A DNA stretch of 64,000 nucleotides from assembly GCA_002104945.1 (NCBI GenBank), contig MCFH01000018.1, positions 186,001-250,000 of the forward strand. The letters run 5' to 3'. Positions within the stretch are counted from its first letter, which is position 1. Each line of letters begins with the position of its first letter. The position numbers and the translations under genes are program-made. Below the pieces are notes generated by a model that was given only the letters and a program-made list of their open reading frames with translations, had not been told where the DNA came from and searched no databases. This DNA is from Piromyces finnis finn. Lineage: Eukaryota > Fungi > Neocallimastigomycota. Shown here piece after piece: positions 1-10,225 of the stretch.

Positions 1-1190
1 AACGTAAAAGACTTGATGAAAAAATAATGGAAGGACCAAATGATGTTAAAAATGAATGGAAAAAAATTCAACAATCTTTAGATGGAAGTAACCAAAACAA
101 TAATATAGCATTAAAGATATATGAATTAAATAAAAGCTTCAATATCACCATTGAAGAAATGAGAAAAAGAAATAAAAAGAATAAAGAAAGTAAGGATGGT
201 AAAGAAAATAATAAGAATGAAAAAAGTGCTTTCCAAAGAATGGATGATAGAGTTACTTTTGATAAAGCTACTAAAAAATATAACAATCGCATCGTTGATG
301 ATGTCACTTTCGGAGTAAATGTTGGTGAATGTCTAGGTCTTTTAGGTCCAAATGGTGCTGGTAAAACTACTTCTATTTCAATGATTACTGGTATTTTATC
401 TCACACTCACGGAAAAATTGTCTATGGAAACCATGATTTAAATGAAACAAAAATTAGTGATTTATCATTAGGTTATTGTTCTCAGCATGATTCCCTCTGG
501 AAATTACTTACTGTAAAAGAAACTATTCAATTCTATCTTAATATTTGTGGATACCCAAAAAAGGATATTCCTCATTTCACTAAAGCTTTAACCGAGGCTT
601 GTGGTATAGAGATTCATAGAAACAAAAAGGTCAGAGAAATTAGTGGTGGTACAAAGCGTAAGCTTTCATTAATTATTGCTATATGTTCCTCACCAAATTA
701 CCTTATTCTAGATGAACCAAGTGCTGGTATGGATCCATTTACTCGTCGTTACATGTGGAAGCTTATTACTGAATTAAAGAATTCTCGTGAAACTGCTACT
801 ATATTAACTACTCACTCTACTGAAGAAGCTGAAGCACTCTGTGATCGTATTGCTATTTTAATTAAAGGACGTTTAGTTTGTATTGATACTCCAAGAAGTA
901 TTAAGATGAATCATAATAATTGTTATACACTCGAAGTTTTCACTGATCATCCAGAACAATTTGAAAAGGAAGTTGTTAAGAATTGTAATCTTTTTGGTCC
1001 AGGTGAAACCTATGAATTAGAATCCTTTATTAATTACCAAAAGTACACAGTTACTATGAAAATTGAAAATATTGCTAATGTCTTTTCTGTTATGGAAGAA
1101 GCTAAAGAAAATGGTATTGTAAAACAATACAACTTTGGACAATATTCTCTTGAACAAGTTTTTATTAATTTTGTCAATAATACCAAATAA
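1..1190 (+). CDS. ABCA-subfamily ABC transporter, C-terminal part (NBD2); 5' end lies outside the window
   Basis: Frame is open from position 3 (RKRLDEKIMEGP...). Walker A GPNGAGKTT, signature ISGGTKRKLS, Walker B LDEPSAGMD, C-terminal SLEQVFINF. Closely similar to the C-terminus of the 4853-10225 protein. Confidence 0.93.
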   Translation, partial: RKRLDEKIMEGPNDVKNEWKKIQQSLDGSNQNNNIALKIYELNKSFNITIEEMRKRNKKNKESKDGKENNKNEKSAFQRMDDRVTFDKATKKYNNRIVDDVTFGVNVGECLGLLGPNGAGKTTSISMITGILSHTHGKIVYGNHDLNETKISDLSLGYCSQHDSLWKLLTVKETIQFYLNICGYPKKDIPHFTKALTEACGIEIHRNKKVREISGGTKRKLSLIIAICSSPNYLILDEPSAGMDPFTRRYMWKLITELKNSRETATILTTHSTEEAEALCDRIAILIKGRLVCIDTPRSIKMNHNNCYTLEVFTDHPEQFEKEVVKNCNLFGPGETYELESFINYQKYTVTMKIENIANVFSVMEEAKENGIVKQYNFGQYSLEQVFINFVNNTK

Positions 1191-1649
1191 ATCTCAAAAT
1201 CTCACGTTTTAATTAAACTATAAAAGAAAACAATAAATAAAAAAAAAGTACTTTAAAATATAATAATAAGCATAAAAATTTTTTAATATTTTAGTATAAA
1301 ATAATACAAAAATAAATTAAAATTAGGAATTAAAAAAAAAAAAAAAAAAACTAAAAATTTTATAAAATAAAATAGAAAATAAAATAGAAAATATTTTTTT
1401 TATGTTTTTGCTTTATTCTGTGTGTGTAATCTCAATTATATATAAAAAGAAAAGTAATATTGGTAATTTATCTATAATATTACCAAAATATATGTTTCAA
1501 AAATTTTTTTTACATAGTACATCAGTTAAAAAAAAAAAAAAAAATATCCTTTGAAATAATTCTAAATAATACATTTATATAAAAAAAAATTTTTTTTTTT
1601 TTTTATTATTAAAACAAAAACACAAAAAATATATAAATAAAAGACTGTA

Positions 1650-2760
1650 TGCTTTAACAAGGTATTTGAGGATTCCAATACTTTCAGGAATTTGTGCTGC
1701 GCAACAAGTGAAATACTATGTTAAATGGAGAAAATTAAATTGTATTATTAAAGAACTCGTCCGATCTATTCTTCCCATATCTCTTGGGCCAAAAAAATCT
1801 TGTTCACTACCTAAGAAACTTATTAAAATAAATATTAAAAGTACTAAAGATATTAGAGAACATGATTGGAAAAATAGTAGCCTAAATAATGGAAGTAAAA
1901 CCCTCAGATATGCTAACAAAAAATTCCTTATGAATTCAAATCGGTTAATGCCTATTGATCTCAACAAACCTCACATAAACTTAGGAATTACTTAGATTAT
2001 TTGTATTCGATGCGATTATGAAAATACTACCAGAACTGCTATTGCCAGTAATAGAGTTACTCCTAATTGCTCTCGTGTCTGTCCATGTTGCAGATATGAT
2101 GAACAATCTTTTTATCATTAGATTTTAGAATGTTCTGCATTCTCTGAATATAGAACTTCTTCATTTAGCTTTCTTGACGATCATTTTACCCTTTTTCACA
2201 ATAAATATAAAAAAAACCAATTCATCACTTACTTACTCAATTTATAATTATATTTTTATGTTCCTTCATGGTGGAACTTTAGCTTAGGATGAGCTACAAA
2301 TCGATAAAGCGGAACAAAGACATTTGAATGAACAGCTTTACAGTTCATCGGGGTCTCATATTCCATATGTAGAAGGTCTCGCGGCTTTTCTTACTAAAAT
2401 AATCCATATCATTGGCTAGCTTAATGGACCTTTTTTTTTTTGATAAGTTTTAATAAAACACCTAACGTCATCAAGAGCGAAGTCGTACTGATAATAGCAA
2501 AAGAACATTCCTAATGTTCCGTACACAGGGTTCAATGTTAGTATTTCTTCGAATGAAAACATTATGAACTAATAGGAAAGTTTAGTGAACATCACGCTAT
2601 CATATCTGATGTTATTTCTCTTTTTTATTTCATTTAATTTATTAGATAGGGATCAATCCCACACAGTACAAATTGCAAAGTTCATTGAACTCTTAAGCAT
2701 CTTTATAATTATTTTATTTAAATTTTATATTTATATTTATATATATATTATTATTTTTAT
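1650..2760 (+). mobile_element. 5'-truncated, degenerate non-LTR retrotransposon (LINE family B): post-RT region, CCHC knuckle, 3' UTR and decayed TAT tail
   Basis: Translation IPILSGICAAQQVKYYVKWRKLNCII... then CSRVCPCCRYDEQSFYH*ILEC aligns with the intact LINE (IPPLSAKCALAQVRCFNKWKNSNCII...CPNYCPCCKCGDQSIKHWLLDC). 2330-2760 is clearly homologous to the reverse complement of 14141-14538. In-frame stops present. Confidence 0.88.
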
Positions 2761-3732
2761 TATATCAATATGTATTATCACCTAATATAATGTAATTTCA
2801 TAAATTAAATAAATACAAGTATATTCTTTTCTTAGCCTAAATATATATATATATAAAAGAAAAATTAATAATATTCAACATGGCTTACTAAATTTAAAAA
2901 CAATTTTAAAAGTTTTAATAATACATGTATTCAAGATAATTTTGGTCATTTAACTAACAGCAAGAATATTAAAATATGGAGTATAATGTTGTTTACTATT
3001 TAGCTTTAACATTTTTAAGATAAAGCTCTTATGGTAAAATATGAAAATTAGTATATGATAAATACAAAAATTATAATGGACATAGAAGTAATGTATCTAA
3101 AACGGGCATACATTATGTCAATGAATCTAAATGAAATTTTCTTGTAATTAACACAATATTAAAGCCAATTATTTATATTTATAAAAAATATGGATTCAAT
3201 GAACAATTACAAGTAGGTTTTATTGAAGAGTTGATATTGCTTATAAAAAAAATTTATAAGTAATAAAAATATATGTATAGTAATATGTAATTATTAAATG
3301 TCTGTTATCAATGATTATATAAAAAAAATATTAGGAAGATGAAGAAAATAAAATTAAAAAATAAATAAACAGTTTTAATAAATTTTGTTAAAACTAATAT
3401 AAACTAATTAGTAAAGAATTTTAAAATATTCTATTTTAGTTTAAAATGAACCATTCACATTAAAAAAATTTTATGAATCATTTTTGTAATAAAGTTTAAA
3501 AAGATTTTGGGGGTAATCTTAAATTTTTAGAAATTCTTTGTTGAACATTTAAATTAATATCAATAATTACATAATGATGAATATTATTTATATATAAATG
3601 ATAGATTATTTTTAATATATATTTCAATGAGTTTATTAAAATATAATTGTTAAAAAAAAATGTATTATACAATAAAATTATAAAAATATTTCTATTTCTA
3701 TTTCATTTCAAGTAAAAAAATAGAAAACGATA

Positions 3733-3736
<4 letters not shown>

Positions 3737-3792
<56 letters not shown>
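3737..3792. repeat. (TTA)n microsatellite
   Basis: Direct reading of the sequence. Confidence 0.95.
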
Positions 3793-3793
<1 letters not shown>

Positions 3794-4852
3794 ACTATCT
3801 TGATAAAATAATGATAAAAAAATTTTTTTTTCATTTTTCATATATAAAAAAATAGGAATATATTAAATCTTGTTCTAGATTTAATTTATGTCTAACCTTT
3901 TTTGTGTAATTATATTTCATGTTACACAAATTATTATATGTTTTATATTTCTAACATAATTATATTAAAATATTCCTAAAATGTAAATTTCTGTATTAAA
4001 AATTGATAAAAAATTAAAAAAATATTTCTTAATTAATATTTAATTAAAAAAGCTCACCAAACAAAAAAAAACTTTATTAACTAATAAAAAGATTAAATAA
4101 TAAAAAAAAAAGATTAAAAAGCTAATTTAATAATAAAAAAAATTAAAGATTATTCTAATAAAAAAAAATATAAAGATGTATTATTAAAGAGCTTTCTTAT
4201 TATCATTAATCAATTTACAACCAATTAAAAAAAAATATTATTATTATTATTATTATTATTTTCTTCTTTTTCTTAATCTTAAATTTATTAAAATAATAAT
4301 ATTTATTTTTAATTTATTATTTTTTAAATTAATTAACATGAAATGAAAATTATTAATAAAAGAAAAAAGAAACATTATATAGAAAAAATATAATAAAAAC
4401 ATAAATTAATTAAATAAAATGAGCAAATAGTCATAGAATCAATATTTCATTTGAATTTTCACAATATAAATAGAAATATAAAACATAGAATATAAAATAT
4501 AAAATATAAAGCAAAATAATAATATAGAAAATTTATTATTAAAAATAATAACTTAAATATAAAAAATACCCAATAAAAAAGAAAAAGAAATATATAAAAT
4601 AATTATAATATAGTAATATATAAAATGACGTACAAACAATTAAAAGTATTATTATGGCGAAATGTAATATTGAAAAAAAGAAGTATAATTTCAACATTAT
4701 TAGAAATTATATTGCCAACAATATTCATTTTCTTTTTAGGTATTTATAAATAATAAAATTTATGAGAATTATTAAAAATTATATAAAACTATAAAATTAC
4801 TGAGAATTAAAAAAAATATTTCATTTATTAATTTATATATTAATTATTAGCA

Positions 4853-7800
4853 ATGAGTACTTCAAATCATGAAGAAAAATATATTATAAATCCTATTGAA
4901 AATGAAACACCAAATTCTTATGAGAATGCTGATGTTTTTTATGATTATTACACTGGTTTACCAACTTTTGATTTTATATTTTCTTCAGATTTTAATAAGG
5001 AAAAACAAGATTTATTTTTATACAATTTTATAAATAATAAATTTTTTAATAATAAAACTTTAATTGAAAATGATAATGAAATACTTAAAGAAAAATATTT
5101 CAATACATCTAAAATCTTTTTAGATAACCCACAATTCAATAGTAATATTACAAATAAATATAATTTAAAAAATCTTATTGCAATTAATAATTTTAATGAT
5201 AAAAAGTATGAAAATAAAATAATAAATTTTTACAATGTAAAAAATATTAAAAATGAAAGTAAAGAATATAAAATTGTTGTTTCTCCAGATGAAAATAGTA
5301 TGATTCAAAACTTTCAAAATAATACAGATATATATAAATTTTTTTATAATAGAAATTACTTTGGTATTGTTTTTAATTCCTTAACTAAATATTCAATCAG
5401 CTTTTATAATGAAAAATCGGATGAATTAGAAAATTCCTTAAAAGTAGAAGATAATATTAATGATGATGATGATGATGATGATGATGATATAAGGTATAAT
5501 GATGTTGAAGACGCTTTTGACGAAATCTTAAAAATCAATAATAAAATTGTTCGTAAGTCCTATCACAAACTAGGTATCGTACAAGCTCTCGTCAATAATG
5601 CAATATTTAAAACCTTAACCAACACAACAAATAATTCACAAAATATACATATTTATAGTAAAACTATGGATAGTTTGGGAATATCTACAAAATTTAAAAC
5701 AAATATTATACATAATGATGTTCCCTTTGTAATGTTATTCTTTTATATCCCATGCATTTGTTCTTTACTTAATCACTTAGTTATTGAAAAGGAATCAAGA
5801 ATTAAAGAATCTTTAGTAATTATCGGCTTAAAAAGATCAACTTTCTGGATATCATGGGGAATAATTTATGGTGTAATTGTAATAATTACTTCAATAATTG
5901 TTACAACCGCAATGTATATATCAAATTTATTTATACATGTTCATTGGAGTATTACAATTTTTATATTGATTACTTATGGATTAACTTGTTGTTGTATTTC
6001 ATTTATTTTATCTACATTATTGAAAAAATCAAAAACAGCAAATGTTGTTGGAGTAATGGTTATTATAACTTTTTTTCTTATATATTTATTATTTTTCGTC
6101 ATTCGTACAAAAGAAATAATTTGGATTCTCAACTGTTTAATTTCACCATTCTGTTTTCTTTCAATTTTCACAAAAATTATTGATATGGAAAAAGAACATC
6201 ATAGTATAACACTTGGTGATGTATTTACAGACGAATATCTTTCTAAAAATTTTTCTGCTTTAGTATTTATACTTGTTTTGTACTTCATTATGGCCCTCTA
6301 TTTGGATATGGTTTTACCTCAAGGAAATAATATTTACAAAAAATGGCATTTTTTCGTTACAGATATTTTTCATAATAAAAATAAAAAACTTGATAAAAAC
6401 GTATATAATAGAAACTATAATAATCCATTTGTTCAAAATGATCCTGGAAATTTAAATCGAGCTGTTGAAGTTTGTAACATTGGAAAGAGGTTTAAAGTTA
6501 AAAATGAAAAATATGAAGTTTTAAATAATATTAGCTTTAATGCATATTACGATGAAATATTTGCTATTTTAGGGCATAATGGTGCAGGTAAAACAACATT
6601 AATGAATATAATGACAGGTATTCAATCTGCTTCTCATGGAAAAGTATTCTACGATAATATTCCAATATCGGGGAATGAAACAGAAATTTGTAAACAATTT
6701 GGATATTGTCCTCAATTTAATGCGTTTAACGATAGTTTAACAGTAGGTGAACATGTAAAACTCTATGCAGGCATTAAAGAAATAAATGTTAATGTTAAAG
6801 ATATACTTAAAAAGATTGATTTGATAGAAAAGAAAGATAACTACCCAATACAACTTAGTGGTGGTCAAAAAAGAAAACTTTCTGTCATTTTGGCACTCTT
6901 GGGCAGTCCAAAATTCGTATTTTTGGATGAGCCTACAACAGGTCTAGATCCATATTCACGTAAAAAGGTTTGGGAACTTTTAATAGAGAATAAAAAAGGA
7001 TGTGTTACCTTTATTACAACACATTATATGGATGAAGCAGACTTTTTATCTGATAGAAAAATGATTATCTCTAATGGGGATATTACATGTTTAGGTACAA
7101 GTCTTTTCTTAAAAAATATATTTAATATGAATTATTCACTTGATATTCAATCTATTGATGATAAAGATGTTAGTCTTGTTGATAACCTAATTAAAAATAT
7201 AAACCAAAATTTCCTTAAATCCAAAAAAACAGCAAAAACTAATATTGAGGTAACTGATGATAAAAATGGTGTATCAAAAGAATGTTATATTACTACATAT
7301 TTATTACCAATGACATATTCAAAATCCTTTAAAGACATTTTTAAAGAATTAAATCTTCTAATCAAAGACGAAAATAATAGTATTGAAAACTATTCATTAA
7401 CAGCCCCAACATTAGAAGAAATTTTCATTCGATTAGAAAGTCATGATCCAAATAACAGAAAGCTTCAAAGAATAATGAATAAATCCACAGTCTATATTAA
7501 CGTGGAAAATGAAAATTTACAAACCATTGATCAAATATTAAATAAAAAAACAAAATATCAACCAAATGCTATTCATCAAATATGGACAATAATAAAACTT
7601 AGAATAAAATTATTCTTAAAAAATAAGATATTTGTCATTGTTTATACACTATTACCCTTTTTAATTATTATTTCATGTGTATTTATTGAAAAAAAAATAA
7701 TTAGTGAAATCATTGACCCTCAAACATTTAATTCTTTAGATATAAAGCCTTCAATTTATAATAAAGCCCAATGGTTTAAAAGTTCATTATCTTCAGGGCA

Positions 7801-10225
7801 AGCATCAGATATTATTAATATTATTGAAAAACAATCTAAATTGCCTTTTAAAGCTATTGATTATAACAATACACTTACAATTTCTTCTAAGAAATTAACA
7901 TCTGATTTAAATTATATCGGTGGTTTTGAGGGTATTGGAAACGGTCAAGATTTACAATTTACAATTTATAAAAACACTACATATTCATACACAGAATCTA
8001 TTGCTGTTAATCTTCTCTATAATGCCCTTCTTAATTATCATCATTTAAATGAAACCATTTCAGTTTCTTTCAAACCATTTTCCTATGATATTATGAAATC
8101 ATTATATAATAATGATAACATTATTGAAATGTTAAATATTTTACCAGAATTAATGAAATCGTTATTAGAACCAATTCTTCTTACAGCAATTTCAATGGCT
8201 ATCTCTCTTTCCATATCAATTTTTGGACCTTTAACAGTAAAAGAAAGAGAAAATGGTATTACACATCAACTCTTTTTGAATGGTACAAAACCAATAAATT
8301 ATTGGTACGCCGTAATAATTAGTGATTCTATTTGTGTTATAGTACCTATATTTCTTATTTCGATTGTATGTTTCATTGAAGGTATTAGTATTTTTAAAAT
8401 TAATATGATTGCATACACACTATTTATGACAATCATTTGGACGGTGGCTAGTTTGTTACATCAATATATTCTTTGTCATTTCTTTAAAAGATATGAAAGA
8501 GTATCAACTTTATCTATTATCATAAATCCAGTTTTATGTATCATTGTCAGTATCTGCTCAGTTTTAGTATTAATAGCTTCAATAAATGAATCTTATATTA
8601 AGGATAAAACATTAATTGAAAATCTTTCAATTAGACACCTGATATTTTCTGCTATTATTCTTATATTATATACACCAGTAAGTATTGTTATTATATTTAT
8701 GAAGTTTACAATATCTATCATAAATAAAAAGATCAGCCTGGATAAATCTCAAATAATGGAATATCTTAACACAAAAGAAGTATTGGACATTCAAGCAAAT
8801 AAGGATTTATCACAACAAGAAAAAAGGAATATGATAGGGAAAATATATTCAGAAAAAGCAACACCACCGCTTTTTAATGTACTTTTAGAAAATTACTCCC
8901 TAATATTGGCTGTAGTTATTATTCTATTATTAATACTTATTTTTGCTTACATTCTTTTCTTCCTTGAAAGGAAAAAAGAAAAGCATCACAAGAGAAATAA
9001 AGACTATTTACCAGCTGAACGGGAACTTCTCGATAAAAAATTAGAGGAAGGTCCAAAAGATGTCTATAACGAATGGAAAAGAATAAAACAAGATTTGAAT
9101 AATAAGCATTCTAATAATAATAATATTGCTATGAAAATTTTTGAATTAAATAAAGATTTCAAAATACCCATAAGCAAAATACAAAAAAGAAAGAAAGACA
9201 ACAAAAAGAATGAAAATAAAAAAGGATTACTCATTCATCATAACAATACTACCGATAAAGGAGAAATGGATAATAGATATATTTATGATAAAAAAACTAA
9301 AAGTTATATTTACAGGGCAATTGATGATATATCCTATGGGGTTAATGAAGGTGAATGTCTTGGTCTTTTAGGACCAAATGGTGCTGGTAAAACAACTACT
9401 ATTTCTATGATTACAGGCCTCTTATCTCACACTCATGGTTCCATTAAATATGGAGATAAAGATTTAAATGATAGTGACTTATCAAAACTATCTTTAGGTT
9501 ATTGTTCCCAAATTGATGCTCTTTGGAAACCATTAATGGTAAAAGAAACCATTGAATTTTATCTAAACATTTGTGGATACCCTGTAGAAGACATTCCTCA
9601 ATACACTAAAACCCTAACTGAAATTTGTGGTATAGAAAAGCATATCAATAAAAGAGTGAGTGCTATTAGCGGTGGTACTAAACGTAAACTTTCTTTAATT
9701 ATTGCTATATGTTCCTCGCCAAAATATCTTATTCTTGATGAGCCTAGTGCTGGTATGGATCCATTTACTCGTCGTTATATATGGAAAGTTATTACTCAAT
9801 TAAAGAAAACTCATGAAATAGCTTCAATTTTAACTACTCACTCCACAGAAGAAGCCGAAGCTCTCTGTGAACGTATTGCTATTTTAATTAAGGGACGATT
9901 AGTCTGTGTTGATTCTCCAAGAAGTATTAAAATGAATCATTGTAATAGTTATACCCTTGAAGTTTTTACCATTCATCCAAAACAATTTGAAGAATTCGTT
10001 CGTAAAAATAATATTTTTGGATTAGGTCCAAATGAAAAGTATACTTTGGAAACCTCAATTAGTTATCAAAAATATTATGTTGAAATGAAAACAGAAAATA
10101 TTCCAGATGTATTTTCTTTTATGGAAAAAGCGAAAGAAAAATATTTGATCAGTCAATATAATTTTGGACAATATTCTTTAGAACAAATCTTTATAAATTA
10201 TATTAACAATTCCAAGTATAATTAA
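4853..10225 (+). CDS. Full-length ABCA-subfamily ABC transporter (TMD-NBD-TMD-NBD), intronless, 1790 aa
   Basis: NBD1 GHNGAGKTT / LSGGQKRKLS / LDEPTTGLD; NBD2 GPNGAGKTT / ISGGTKRKLS / LDEPSAGMD. ABCA-type EKE-SRIKE and TLEEIF motifs; two hydrophobic TM blocks. Confidence 0.95.
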   Translation: MSTSNHEEKYIINPIENETPNSYENADVFYDYYTGLPTFDFIFSSDFNKEKQDLFLYNFINNKFFNNKTLIENDNEILKEKYFNTSKIFLDNPQFNSNITNKYNLKNLIAINNFNDKKYENKIINFYNVKNIKNESKEYKIVVSPDENSMIQNFQNNTDIYKFFYNRNYFGIVFNSLTKYSISFYNEKSDELENSLKVEDNINDDDDDDDDDIRYNDVEDAFDEILKINNKIVRKSYHKLGIVQALVNNAIFKTLTNTTNNSQNIHIYSKTMDSLGISTKFKTNIIHNDVPFVMLFFYIPCICSLLNHLVIEKESRIKESLVIIGLKRSTFWISWGIIYGVIVIITSIIVTTAMYISNLFIHVHWSITIFILITYGLTCCCISFILSTLLKKSKTANVVGVMVIITFFLIYLLFFVIRTKEIIWILNCLISPFCFLSIFTKIIDMEKEHHSITLGDVFTDEYLSKNFSALVFILVLYFIMALYLDMVLPQGNNIYKKWHFFVTDIFHNKNKKLDKNVYNRNYNNPFVQNDPGNLNRAVEVCNIGKRFKVKNEKYEVLNNISFNAYYDEIFAILGHNGAGKTTLMNIMTGIQSASHGKVFYDNIPISGNETEICKQFGYCPQFNAFNDSLTVGEHVKLYAGIKEINVNVKDILKKIDLIEKKDNYPIQLSGGQKRKLSVILALLGSPKFVFLDEPTTGLDPYSRKKVWELLIENKKGCVTFITTHYMDEADFLSDRKMIISNGDITCLGTSLFLKNIFNMNYSLDIQSIDDKDVSLVDNLIKNINQNFLKSKKTAKTNIEVTDDKNGVSKECYITTYLLPMTYSKSFKDIFKELNLLIKDENNSIENYSLTAPTLEEIFIRLESHDPNNRKLQRIMNKSTVYINVENENLQTIDQILNKKTKYQPNAIHQIWTIIKLRIKLFLKNKIFVIVYTLLPFLIIISCVFIEKKIISEIIDPQTFNSLDIKPSIYNKAQWFKSSLSSGQASDIINIIEKQSKLPFKAIDYNNTLTISSKKLTSDLNYIGGFEGIGNGQDLQFTIYKNTTYSYTESIAVNLLYNALLNYHHLNETISVSFKPFSYDIMKSLYNNDNIIEMLNILPELMKSLLEPILLTAISMAISLSISIFGPLTVKERENGITHQLFLNGTKPINYWYAVIISDSICVIVPIFLISIVCFIEGISIFKINMIAYTLFMTIIWTVASLLHQYILCHFFKRYERVSTLSIIINPVLCIIVSICSVLVLIASINESYIKDKTLIENLSIRHLIFSAIILILYTPVSIVIIFMKFTISIINKKISLDKSQIMEYLNTKEVLDIQANKDLSQQEKRNMIGKIYSEKATPPLFNVLLENYSLILAVVIILLLILIFAYILFFLERKKEKHHKRNKDYLPAERELLDKKLEEGPKDVYNEWKRIKQDLNNKHSNNNNIAMKIFELNKDFKIPISKIQKRKKDNKKNENKKGLLIHHNNTTDKGEMDNRYIYDKKTKSYIYRAIDDISYGVNEGECLGLLGPNGAGKTTTISMITGLLSHTHGSIKYGDKDLNDSDLSKLSLGYCSQIDALWKPLMVKETIEFYLNICGYPVEDIPQYTKTLTEICGIEKHINKRVSAISGGTKRKLSLIIAICSSPKYLILDEPSAGMDPFTRRYIWKVITQLKKTHEIASILTTHSTEEAEALCERIAILIKGRLVCVDSPRSIKMNHCNSYTLEVFTIHPKQFEEFVRKNNIFGLGPNEKYTLETSISYQKYYVEMKTENIPDVFSFMEKAKEKYLISQYNFGQYSLEQIFINYINNSKYN

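Noticed and set aside
1990-2125. Both LINE-B stops are TGG to TAG (CpA on the other strand), suggesting RIP
   Set aside because: Only two events; general C-to-T bias in an AT-rich genome explains them, and RIP cannot be inferred without multi-copy alignments.
3020-3260. Coding-like relic (...PIIYIYKKYGFNEQ...) vaguely like a GNAT C-terminus
   Set aside because: Interrupted by stops, short, no supporting motifs.
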